Part shown: piece by piece, positions 9,449 to 18,233 of the stretch
How the letters are laid out: each line of letters opens with the position of its first letter
How positions within the stretch are numbered: position 1 is the stretch's first letter
NCBI GenBank assembly: GCA_027339965.1
Contig: DAHWNL010000076.1
Location: 15,012-79,011 of the forward strand
Reading direction: 5' to 3'
Origin: Granulicella sp.
GTDB lineage: Bacteria > Acidobacteriota > Terriglobia > Terriglobales > Acidobacteriaceae
Length of the DNA: 64,000 nt
The notes under the pieces: generated by a model
What the model was told of the DNA's origin: nothing
Database searches by the model: none
What the model saw: the letters and a program-made list of their open reading frames with translations, nothing else
Made by a program: the position numbers and the translations under genes

Positions 9449-11044
9449 CTACTCGGAAGCCTTCAAGGCATCCCGAGTGGTGACTCCATCCACCATGCGC
9501 AGAATGCCGCGGGGATTCTCATCGCGAAGCTCCTCGGGCAAGGACGCCTGGGGGAATCCCTGGTAGCACACCGGACGTGCAAAGCGCAAGATCGCCCGCG
9601 TGCCTACGGAGGTAAACCGGCTGTCTGAGGAGGCCGGATAGGGCCCTCCATGCACCATCGCATCACAGACCTCCACGCCGGTGGGGTAGCCGTTGAAGAG
9701 CACTCGCCCGGCCTTGCGCTCCAATACGGCGATCAGGTCCGAAGATGCGGCCAGATCCTCTTCCGTGCCGAGAAGGGTTGCGGTCAGGTGGCCGTCCAGG
9801 CTCTCAGCCGCGCGCAGCATGGCTTCACGGCTGTTGCAGCGGATGAGCAGCGTTGCAGGTCCAAAGACCTCCTCGCCCAGGTCCGGTTGTTGCAGGAAGT
9901 TCTTCAAGTCAGTCTCCAGCAGTGTGGCAGCAGCGCCGCACAAGCTCGTGGTCTGCGCCGCGGGATCTGTTCCCTCGCCACAGAGGTGGGCTCGCTCCTG
10001 GATGGCGCGACGGTAGTTGGCAGCGATGGCCGGGGTTAGCAGCGTAAATCCGGTGCTCTGCCGGGTAAGCCGGCGCAGTTCAGCCAGCAGACCTTCCGTC
10101 TGTTGCAGATGGGGTACAAAGACCATCCCCGGCTTGGTACAGAACTGTCCTGCCCCGAGGGTGAAGGAGTTATGCAGCCCGGAGGCGATCTCTGTTGTCC
10201 GGGTAGCCAGCGCGCCGGGCAGAACGAAGATGGGATTGCTGCTGCCCATCTCAGCGAAGCAAGGAATCGGGTTCGGCCGGCGTGCCACAAGATCCATCAG
10301 AGCGCGTCCTCCACGGCGCGAGCCGGTAAAGGCGACGGCCTGGATCAGCGGATGCTCTACCAGTGCTTTGCCCACCTCAAAGCCGGAGTCGAAGAGCAGA
10401 GAAAAGAGGCCGTCGGGGGCTCCGCAGCTTTTGATGCTTTCGGAGACAATCTGCCCCGCCAGTTCGCTGGTTCCGGGATGCGCGGGGTGAGCTTTGACCA
10501 CTACCGGACAGCCGGCGGCCAGGGCAGAGGCCGTGTCGCCGCCAGCTACGGAAAACGCCAGAGGGAAGTTGGAGGCTCCGAAGACGGCCACAGGGCCGAG
10601 TGGTTGCAGCATCGAGCGCAGGTCCGGGCGCGGCAACGGCTTCCGGTCCGGAACTGCCAGATCGATGCGTGCTTCTACCCAGGATCCCTCCTCCGCGACC
10701 CTGGCGAACATGCGAAGCTGATTGCTGGTGCGCTGCGTCTCTCCCTTCAGCCGAGCCTCGGGCAGAGCCGTCTCGAGTTGCGCTCGAGCCGTCAACTCCC
10801 CTGCAGCGGAATCCAGTCTGTTAGCGATAGCGCGCAGCAGCCTGGCCCGCTCCGCGCCGCTGCTCTTCCTCCAGGTGAGGAATGCCATCTGCGCCGCTTC
10901 CAGCGTATGCGCGACCTCCTGCTCAGAGGCGGAAAAGAAGGCCGGTCCCAACGCCTCGCCGGTGGCGGGATTCAGGGCGGAAAACTGTGGGCCTGCCTTC
11001 TCCGCGGCCCGGCCTGCAATAAGGGAAACTCCTGAGATCTGCAT
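9449..11044 (-). CDS. NADP-dependent aldehyde dehydrogenase, alpha-ketoglutaric semialdehyde dehydrogenase type
   Basis: GASNFPLAFSVAGGD, FTGS, EMGSSNP, catalytic GQFCTKPG, EEVFGP and HGGPYPA; last gene of the hydroxyproline cluster. Confidence 0.9.
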   Translation of the reverse strand: MQISGVSLIAGRAAEKAGPQFSALNPATGEALGPAFFSASEQEVAHTLEAAQMAFLTWRKSSGAERARLLRAIANRLDSAAGELTARAQLETALPEARLKGETQRTSNQLRMFARVAEEGSWVEARIDLAVPDRKPLPRPDLRSMLQPLGPVAVFGASNFPLAFSVAGGDTASALAAGCPVVVKAHPAHPGTSELAGQIVSESIKSCGAPDGLFSLLFDSGFEVGKALVEHPLIQAVAFTGSRRGGRALMDLVARRPNPIPCFAEMGSSNPIFVLPGALATRTTEIASGLHNSFTLGAGQFCTKPGMVFVPHLQQTEGLLAELRRLTRQSTGFTLLTPAIAANYRRAIQERAHLCGEGTDPAAQTTSLCGAAATLLETDLKNFLQQPDLGEEVFGPATLLIRCNSREAMLRAAESLDGHLTATLLGTEEDLAASSDLIAVLERKAGRVLFNGYPTGVEVCDAMVHGGPYPASSDSRFTSVGTRAILRFARPVCYQGFPQASLPEELRDENPRGILRMVDGVTTRDALKASE

Positions 11045-11183
11045 AGAAACCTCGCGTTGCCTTTGGTTGGTTCAAGCTCTGACGGGCTGCGCTCGCCGGT
11101 GGTCCGATGGATGCCATGAACTGCTCCGCCTGGAGACCGCGCCAGAACTTGCCGGGTTGATCTTCGCAAATCGCCGCAGTTGG

Positions 11184-12098
11184 CTACGCCGCCGGGAAGG
11201 GCGTACTTTGCACCGAGGGCCGATTCGCCAGCGCTTGCCGCACCGCGGCGCGCACCTCTTCCAACTCGGTTCCGATCACCTCCAGCCGCGGTGGCCGTAC
11301 CCTGGCGTTTCCAGTGCCCGTCTCGTGCTGCACCTGTTTGATGAGTTGGATGAACTTGGGGACGGTATCCATGCGCAACAGGGGCAAGAACCAGCGATAC
11401 AGTTCGAACGCCTCCTCACGCCGGCCATGAATGGCGGCCTGGAACAGAGCCACCGACTCGGCTGGGAAGGCATTCACCAATCCTGCTACCCATCCCACGG
11501 CTCCCGCGGCGATGCCCTCGACGATGGCGTCATCCACGCCTACGAAGATCTTCAGCCGATCGCCGATGAGAGCGCGAATGGCGGTGACCCGGCGCACATC
11601 CGTGCTGGACTCCTTCACCGCAGTGAGGTTCTGGTGCTCCCCGGCCAACTCCGCGATCTGCTCGGGCAAGAAGTCGGTTCCATAGGAGACGGGATTGTTG
11701 TACAGCATGCAGGAGAGCGGGGTGGCTGCGAGGATGGCGGCGATATGGGCCTTCATCTCACGCCAGTCGCCGCGATAGACATAGGGCGGAAGCACCATCA
11801 GTCCCGAACAGCCGGCCTGCTCCGCCTGTTTGGCCTGGGTGACTGCCTGGGCGGTGGAGAGAGCGGAGATGGCTGCGACGACTGGGGTCTGACCGGAAGC
11901 GGCCACCGCGCAACGAAGAACCGCTTGCTTCTCCTCGGCGCTCAGTGTGGTGGCCTCGCCCAGAGAACCCAGCGCGACGATTCCCGTGCATCCATTGTCG
12001 ATCAGCCATTGCAGATGACGGGTTAGAAAAGCCTGGTCAAGGCTCAGGTCAGGCTTGAAACAGGTTGTGATGGCTGGCATAACGCCGTACCACTTCAT
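11184..12098 (-). CDS. lhpC: DHDPS/NAL-family protein, probably Delta1-pyrroline-4-hydroxy-2-carboxylate deaminase
   Basis: GSLGE, LYNNP and the Schiff-base motif VKESS; specificity assigned from operon context. Confidence 0.8.
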   Translation of the reverse strand: MKWYGVMPAITTCFKPDLSLDQAFLTRHLQWLIDNGCTGIVALGSLGEATTLSAEEKQAVLRCAVAASGQTPVVAAISALSTAQAVTQAKQAEQAGCSGLMVLPPYVYRGDWREMKAHIAAILAATPLSCMLYNNPVSYGTDFLPEQIAELAGEHQNLTAVKESSTDVRRVTAIRALIGDRLKIFVGVDDAIVEGIAAGAVGWVAGLVNAFPAESVALFQAAIHGRREEAFELYRWFLPLLRMDTVPKFIQLIKQVQHETGTGNARVRPPRLEVIGTELEEVRAAVRQALANRPSVQSTPFPAA

Positions 12099-12156
12099 AA
12101 TGCCTCCTTGGGGTTTGGATCCGGGCTTTCGGGATCGAATTTATTCTGCATCGAGT

Positions 12157-13497
12157 TCATCGTGGTTTGCCGGCCGGTTGAGCCGATGATGGAAGCGTCT
12201 CCGCTTCCATAAGACTGGAGACACATGCGGGATAGAGTGGAGGATGCACGGGGCCGGAGGTCCAAGCGAAGAGAAATTCAGTTGCAGCGCCGCAGACCCT
12301 CCCCTGACAGGGGCCCATGCCGCAGCGGGTATGCAGTTTGGCGTCCCGCCAACCCGAGCGCCCCCGCAGAGATCCCATGCGGACATCCTCGCAGCGGCAG
12401 ACGATGGTCTGATCGTCAGCCAGATCGCGTAGCCGAGGATCCAGCCGGAAGGCGCGCTCCAGGGCCTGCGCAAACGCCTGCACCCGCGGGCGACGCCGGA
12501 CGAGAGCCGCAGCGGCTTCTATCTTGCCGGCGGCTGATAACCCGGCGATCTGACCTTCGAGGAGCGAGGCTTCGACGCCGCCGATTCCTGTCGGCTCGCC
12601 CGCGCACCATACCGCGGGCATCGAGGTCCGCATCTGCTGGTCGGTGACGACGCAGCCGTCCTGGATCCTGCAGCCCAGCAAGGCCGCCAGTTCGGTGTTG
12701 GGAACCAAATGAAATCCGCAGGCCAGGTAATCGCAGGCGACGGTCCACTGCCGCCCTTGCCGATGTAGCGTGACGGCCTGAAGCTGCGGTGAATCATGAG
12801 GCTCGCTCTCAGAGCTGTGGCAGGGATGCGTCAGTGCGGCCAGCGGCCAGCAACGAGTAAGAAAAGGGGTCTTTCGCGTGGCCCAGCGATATACCGCGCC
12901 CTGGCGCAGCTTGCCGGGCTGACGAAGCAGGGCGAGCGCCAGAGGCGCCATCTGGGCCAGGGATGCCTGTTCGCAGATGGCGACCACTTTAGCTCCGTGC
13001 TCCGTCAGATGAGCAGCGACCGCCAACAGCAGAGGACCCGTCCCGGCGATCACCACGCGCTTTCCTGCAATCGGCAGGCCGCTACACACCAGAGCATCCA
13101 AACCGCCCGCGCCCATGACATTCGGCAGCGTCCATCCAGGAAAGGGGAGAAAGCGTTCGCGCGCTCCCGTAGCCAGGACCAGGCGACGAAAGTGAAGATC
13201 GGTTGCCTGTACTCCGGGGGTGTTGCACTCTGCCCGCAAGGCACCCCCTTCCGGGGTTAATCTCAGGCAGTCGATCACCCTCCATCCCATCATGCGCACC
13301 ACGGCAGCGGCCTCGAATTGATCGTTCCAGCGCTTCGCCGCAGCCGGAAGCGGAGCTCCACGGCGCCAGATCTGCCCGCCGGGAGAGGGAGAGTCATCCA
13401 CCACGCCCACCCGCAAGCCGTTCTCTGCGGCGGCCATCGCCGCAGCCATGCCCGCCGGCCCCGCGCCGACCACAAGGATGTCAAAGTCGTGTCTCAT
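12157..13497 (-). CDS. FAD-dependent oxidoreductase, alpha subunit of heteromeric D-hydroxyproline dehydrogenase (HcnB/OoxA-like)
   Basis: GAGPAG, ATGARE, and C-terminal Fe-S motifs CRCE and RCGMGPCQGRVC; start overlaps the upstream stop (ATGA). Confidence 0.85.
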   Translation of the reverse strand: MRHDFDILVVGAGPAGMAAAMAAAENGLRVGVVDDSPSPGGQIWRRGAPLPAAAKRWNDQFEAAAVVRMMGWRVIDCLRLTPEGGALRAECNTPGVQATDLHFRRLVLATGARERFLPFPGWTLPNVMGAGGLDALVCSGLPIAGKRVVIAGTGPLLLAVAAHLTEHGAKVVAICEQASLAQMAPLALALLRQPGKLRQGAVYRWATRKTPFLTRCWPLAALTHPCHSSESEPHDSPQLQAVTLHRQGRQWTVACDYLACGFHLVPNTELAALLGCRIQDGCVVTDQQMRTSMPAVWCAGEPTGIGGVEASLLEGQIAGLSAAGKIEAAAALVRRRPRVQAFAQALERAFRLDPRLRDLADDQTIVCRCEDVRMGSLRGRSGWRDAKLHTRCGMGPCQGRVCGAATEFLFAWTSGPVHPPLYPACVSSLMEAETLPSSAQPAGKPR

Positions 13498-13781
13498 GGC
13501 AGGGGTGGTTCTCCACAAGTTGTTACCTGCATACCGGGTAGACACAGTGTCTGGCAGCTTCGCAGATAGGGCACGCCGCCGATAGTGACCTGGCACTCAA
13601 AACAGACGCCCATGCCACACAGCGGCGCGCGGGGCTCTCCGCTGATCGAGGTGCGCGTCCGCGCGCCCACGCTCAACACCGCGGCGGCCACCGTGGCACC
13701 GAGAGGGACTCGAACCCGGACTCCGTCCACGCTCAGCTCAATGCGGTCTTTCGAGATCTTCTGCGTGGCTGGCTCAGTCAT
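13494..13781 (-). CDS. 2Fe-2S ferredoxin-like gamma subunit of D-hydroxyproline dehydrogenase (HcnA-like)
   Basis: CGMGVCFEC...RSC motif; overlaps both neighbours. Confidence 0.87.
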   Translation of the reverse strand: MTEPATQKISKDRIELSVDGVRVRVPLGATVAAAVLSVGARTRTSISGEPRAPLCGMGVCFECQVTIGGVPYLRSCQTLCLPGMQVTTCGEPPLP

Positions 13782-14937
13782 CGGCCATCCCCCCGGAAAA
13801 AGTCGAATCTGGTTCCGAACGAACCCGGTCCCCAAAGCGGGCCGGCAGATAAGGATACGGCGCAATTCCCGGCATCACTCCAGCAATCTCCGCCGCTACC
13901 AACTCTCCCGTGGCCAGCGAGGTGGTGATCCCCAACCCCTCGTGACCGGTGGCCAGCAGCAGCGATGGATCGCCGGGCCAGGGTCCGATCAATGGCAGCT
14001 TATCTGGCGTCGCCGCGCGGAATCCGGTCCATACGCGAATTGCCCTCAGGAGACCGATTCGGGGAAGATAGCTCTCCGCGCGCCGCAGCATGGCGCTCAG
14101 CAGAGAACGGTTGACGGTGGTGTCCTCGGCGCCAAACTCGCGCGAACTGCCAATAAGAATCTGGCCGGTCTGACGCGGCTGCACATTGAAGGCCGCAGAG
14201 GGGCCGGCCACAGAGCTCGCGCTCTTCAGGTAGCCCAGTTCGACCAATTGGTGATGCACAAAGCCCGGACACCGATCGGTGATCAGCAGATGCCCGCGGC
14301 GCTTCCGAATGGGCAGCTCGGGCAGCAGTCGAGTGGCGTCTGTTCCGCAGGCGTTCACAATCCGCTCGGCACCCAGTGTGCTCCCATCCGCCATCCTCAC
14401 CTGGCCTCTGGCCGCTGTCACCACGGATTGTTGGGTGAGCAACCGTGCGCCCAACTCCATTGCTTGGCGCAGGAGGTATGCCGCGGCGGCAGGGGGGTAG
14501 AGCACGGCGTCGCAGGGAACGCGCAGAGCGCCGGCCAGACCGAGCCGCAAGCTGGGCTCTGCCTCGGCCAGGCCGCGAGCGTCCAGAACCTCCGTCGCAA
14601 TGCCGGCCGCTGCATAGACGGCCTGCCTGCGCAGCACCTCTTGCATCTCCTGCTCGTCAGCGGCCACCCACAGGGTGCCTCGCTGCTCAAACTCAACCTC
14701 AGCGGGCATCTCGGCGGCGATCGAGCCCCAAAGCTGTTGCGACCGCCGCGTGAGCGCCAGTTGCGCGGGAGAGTCGTCCATGACGACGATGTGTCCCATG
14801 CCCGCGGAAGTGGCGCCTCCACCCACGCCGGCGCCGTCCACCACCAGCGTCTTCAACCCCTGAGCAGCACAGGCCCGTGCGCAAGCCGCGCCCACGATGC
14901 CGGCACCGATCACGATGACATCCTGACTGCCGGTCAT
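13774..14937 (-). CDS. DAO-family FAD oxidoreductase, beta subunit of D-hydroxyproline dehydrogenase (HcnC-like)
   Basis: [19 protein letters not shown] and GHEGLGITT; start overlaps the epimerase stop. Confidence 0.87.
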   Translation of the reverse strand: MTGSQDVIVIGAGIVGAACARACAAQGLKTLVVDGAGVGGGATSAGMGHIVVMDDSPAQLALTRRSQQLWGSIAAEMPAEVEFEQRGTLWVAADEQEMQEVLRRQAVYAAAGIATEVLDARGLAEAEPSLRLGLAGALRVPCDAVLYPPAAAAYLLRQAMELGARLLTQQSVVTAARGQVRMADGSTLGAERIVNACGTDATRLLPELPIRKRRGHLLITDRCPGFVHHQLVELGYLKSASSVAGPSAAFNVQPRQTGQILIGSSREFGAEDTTVNRSLLSAMLRRAESYLPRIGLLRAIRVWTGFRAATPDKLPLIGPWPGDPSLLLATGHEGLGITTSLATGELVAAEIAGVMPGIAPYPYLPARFGDRVRSEPDSTFSGGMADD

Positions 14938-15875
14938 AGGCGAATTCCATCTCGAAACGGATCCTGCGGCTGGAGGAGGAGGTAGCCTTTCGCAGTAACA
15001 TAGGCTCGCCCGGTGATGCTGGGCACGATGCGGCCGCCAGAGCCATCCTGCATGCGATAACAGCCGGTGAAGACGGTGCCCAAAATGCCTTCCTGACGCC
15101 AGATTTGGCCAGGGGCAAGCTTGCCGTCCGCAGCCAGGCAGGCCAGCTTCGCGCTGGTGCCGGTTCCACACGGCGAACGATCGTAGGCTTTGCCGGGGCA
15201 GAGGACAAAGTTGCGGCTGTCCGCGCCCGCGGACGGAGCGGAGATCTCGATATGGTCGATCTCCGCTCCCTCGGCTCCGGTGATGTTCTGCTGCTGTAGA
15301 GCGCGACGAATCGACCATGCGTATTCGGTCAGCTTGTGGCTGTTGGCCGGGGTGAGATCCACGGGGGCGCCATCGACGAGAAAGAACCAGTTGCCTCCCC
15401 AGGCCACATCACCGCGCACTGTGCCGATACCGGGTACCGTAACCTGCACGCTCTTGCAGAGGCGGAAGCTGGGAACGTTCTCAATGCTGATCTCAGCATT
15501 GCCGTGTAGCGTTGCGCGGACCGTTCCGACGGGGGTCTCAATCCGATGCTGCCCTGGGCCAAGGCGCCCCAGATGCGCCAGCGTGGCGACCAAACCGATG
15601 GTTCCATGTCCGCACATTCCAAGGTATCCTGCATTGTTGAAGTAGATGACACCAGCGGCGCACGCCGGGTCTTGCGGTTCCAGCAGCAGGGCCCCCACCA
15701 GGACGTCGGACCCGCGTGGCTCGTGGATGACGGCGGAGCGAAAGGTATCGTGGCCGCTGGCCAACCGGCGCAGACGTTCCGCAAGAGGGCCGGCGCCAAG
15801 GTTGGGGCCACCGCTCAGAATGACACGCGTTGGCTCTCCGGCGGTGTGAGAGTCGACAAATTCCATGGATCGCAT
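14934..15875 (-). CDS. lhpA: Proline racemase family, probably 4-hydroxyproline 2-epimerase
   Basis: [14 protein letters not shown] and both catalytic cysteines, in MCGHG and DRSPCGTG. Confidence 0.9.
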   Translation of the reverse strand: MRSMEFVDSHTAGEPTRVILSGGPNLGAGPLAERLRRLASGHDTFRSAVIHEPRGSDVLVGALLLEPQDPACAAGVIYFNNAGYLGMCGHGTIGLVATLAHLGRLGPGQHRIETPVGTVRATLHGNAEISIENVPSFRLCKSVQVTVPGIGTVRGDVAWGGNWFFLVDGAPVDLTPANSHKLTEYAWSIRRALQQQNITGAEGAEIDHIEISAPSAGADSRNFVLCPGKAYDRSPCGTGTSAKLACLAADGKLAPGQIWRQEGILGTVFTGCYRMQDGSGGRIVPSITGRAYVTAKGYLLLQPQDPFRDGIRL

Positions 15876-15906
15876 CGGCAAGGCCAGTATAGCTCTTGTC
15901 CACAAT

Positions 15907-15918
15907 AATGTATACATT
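15907..15918. promoter_or_regulatory. Putative GntR operator, palindrome AATGTATACATT
   Basis: Perfect 12-bp palindrome with a GT-N-AC core in the divergent epimerase/GntR spacer. Confidence 0.6.
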
Positions 15919-16006
15919 GGTTCGCGAGAGATTGATTCGCGAAAGATTCCCGTGAACCGCGCTGAGCCGGAATCCTCGGTATTCGCCGGGTTACAATCCG
16001 ACTCGT

Positions 16007-16786
16007 ATGCCAAATAAAGTCATTCGAGCCGTGCAACCAGTCCGTCGGTCGAGTCCCGATTCGGCCAAGCCGCCAGTCCGATCCAAGGCGGCCAGGCAAG
16101 ACCATGGCAATAGTCTGCGCAGGGCCTTTCACGAGATTCGAGAGCTGATTGTTCACGGCCGGCTTGCTCCCGGATGCTGGATTGTGGAGGCGGATCTGGC
16201 TCGGTGGTTGGCGATGAGCCGCACTCCGGTGCGCAGCGCGCTGCATCTGCTGCAGCGTGAAGGATACGTTCTGGAGCACACCAACGTGCGCAAGTCGCGC
16301 ATGGTGGTCGCTCCCCTGACGAAGGAGGATGCGGGAGAGTTGTACTCCATCATCGGCCACGTTGAGGGCCTCGCCGGGCGAGGCACAGCCATGCTGCCCA
16401 GGCAGCGCCGCGTGGAGATTGCGGCTGAACTCAAGCGCCTCAACCGGGACTTGCGCGCCATCGCGCAGGAGAAGGTTCCGGCAGCCGGATCCATCTTTGA
16501 TACCGACCGCAATTTTCATCGCATCATCGTCGAATCCGGCGCTGGCCCCCGACTGCGCACCTTGCACAGCTCCATCGAGCCACAGGCAGAGCGCTATTGG
16601 CGCCTGTATGCCAGCTCCGTCCTCCATGATCTCCACCTGCCTTTGGCTGAGCACGAGGAGATCATTGACGCTGTTCTGGCCGGTGATCCCGATCGAGTGG
16701 AGCAGGCTCTGCAAACGAACTGGACGAACGGCTGTCTCCGTCTGGCTAAGGTGATTGAGATCTGTGGCGAGCGCGGAAGTTGGTGA
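16007..16786 (+). CDS. GntR-family (FadR/FCD) transcriptional regulator
   Basis: wHTH motif [19 protein letters not shown] and FCD motifs FH and EHEEIIDA; divergent from the hydroxyproline operon. Confidence 0.9.
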   Translation: MPNKVIRAVQPVRRSSPDSAKPPVRSKAARQDHGNSLRRAFHEIRELIVHGRLAPGCWIVEADLARWLAMSRTPVRSALHLLQREGYVLEHTNVRKSRMVVAPLTKEDAGELYSIIGHVEGLAGRGTAMLPRQRRVEIAAELKRLNRDLRAIAQEKVPAAGSIFDTDRNFHRIIVESGAGPRLRTLHSSIEPQAERYWRLYASSVLHDLHLPLAEHEEIIDAVLAGDPDRVEQALQTNWTNGCLRLAKVIEICGERGSW

Positions 16787-16837
16787 ACAGGAAGGCGCGG
16801 ACCATCGGTCGCGGGGTCCGAATCGCGGAAGTAGCGC

Positions 16838-17239
16838 TTACTGACCGGCTTGTGGTGCCGTCTGGTGCTCAGTGAAGATGTGGGCCTGGTGACAACTCAC
16901 GCAAGTCTTGTCCTTCATGAAGGGATCTGACTTCAATTGCGCCACCTGCTCGTTGTGGCAGGTAGCGCATGTGCTCAGCGCCGGCATACCGGCGAAGTCC
17001 TCCGCGGTGGTCTCACCGTGGCACACGGTGCATTGGACACCATTTGCGCCATGTGGGCTCGCCTTCCATTGGTCATAGATCACCTTATGGCAGGTAGCAC
17101 AGGTGTCCCCGGCAGGAATCAAGCGATGGTGGACAATCGTGGGTTGATCCTGCTGAGCTATGGCAGGTCGGGCAGCAACAGCTAAAACGAGAAAAGTGAT
17201 CAGCAAGAGACCAAAGACGCGCGCGGCAAAGCATTTCAC
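16838..17239 (-). CDS. Small periplasmic tetraheme cytochrome c
   Basis: Signal peptide and four CxxCH motifs (CATCH, CTVCH, CATCH, CVSCH); AGGAGG precedes the GTG at 17239. Confidence 0.85.
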   Translation of the reverse strand: MKCFAARVFGLLLITFLVLAVAARPAIAQQDQPTIVHHRLIPAGDTCATCHKVIYDQWKASPHGANGVQCTVCHGETTAEDFAGMPALSTCATCHNEQVAQLKSDPFMKDKTCVSCHQAHIFTEHQTAPQAGQ

Positions 17240-17871
17240 AAAGAGACCTCCTTCGTACGGTCTCCAAGTATTGGGCCGGTGATGTTTGTAATCAGTGATA
17301 TGCGTCACGTGTTGCTGAGATGAGATCTGCGCCCTGACTCCAAAGTTTTTCGCCGAGTGGAGGCATCATCGTTTCGGTCGATGCCGCTGGGGCACTGCCG
17401 AATCCTGCACGGATGGTGCAGACGGCAGTTTCTTTCCGAGAGGGACTTCGGACGGAAGCCCGCCTGCCTCTGTCGCCTGCGAGCCCAGGGTCGGAAATGG
17501 TGAGCGCGAGCTTTCGGGGCGGATCGACGGAGAAAAACACAGAAGCCAGAGAGCGATTCCGCAATCCTCGCTAAAAAAGCCATTGGACCATCTCTCCGAG
17601 TGAAGGCCGTCGGAAATTGCTGATGCCGGTTCCCGACATCAGCGGTTACGAAATGTCACAGTCGGCTAACTGGAAATCGTTCGGCAACGAGAAGATGTCG
17701 TCAGAGTGCCGGAATCTACAGGGCAGGCAGGATTGAGTGCGTATGCTCAGACTCCAGGACGACGTAGAGGTGCGTGCAAAGGCCTGCTCGTGCAGGCATG
17801 CTTGACACTGGCCGCGTTCCGCCATTTTCTCCCGTGGCGAGACATGCAATGGATTTCTTGGAGGAGGAGAT

Positions 17872-17946
17872 TGGAGGCGCGGGCCGGGATCGAACCGGCG
17901 CATAAAGGTTTTGCAGACCTCTCCCTTACCACTTGGGTACCGCGCC
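17872..17946 (-). tRNA. tRNA-Cys (anticodon GCA)
   Basis: GGCGCGG/CCGCGCC acceptor stem, GAGGT-CT-GCA-AA-ACCTT anticodon arm, GGTTCGATCC, CCA end. Confidence 0.97.
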
Positions 17947-18063
17947 CTTCCCTCAAAGACCAGGCTCAACCACCATACGTTTCGGCACCGGGCACCAAAT
18001 CACCCGGATAGCCTCAGCACAGTTTCTGTCTTTCCATCGGTGAGCGGTAGAGACGGAGGTTGT

Positions 18064-18138
18064 TGGAGCGGGAGACCGGGGTCGAACCGGCGACATCTTC
18101 CTTGGCAAGGAAGCACTCTACCACTGAGCTACTCCCGC
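18064..18138 (-). tRNA. tRNA-Gly (anticodon GCC)
   Basis: GCGGGAG/CTCCCGC acceptor stem, CTTCC-TT-GCC-AA-GGAAG anticodon arm, GGTTCGACCC, CCA end. Confidence 0.97.
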
Positions 18139-18233
18139 CCTGCCAAGGCCAGTATAGCGAGGCGCTTACCCTTTTGCAATGCAACTGGGGCGGCCTTGAA
18201 GAGCCATTTCAGGGTCACACCGCGGGCTCTGGA

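Noticed and set aside
12157..14937. hcnABC hydrogen cyanide synthase or opine oxidase
   Set aside because: The subunits are homologous, but the flanking epimerase, deaminase and KGSA dehydrogenase point to D-hydroxyproline dehydrogenase.
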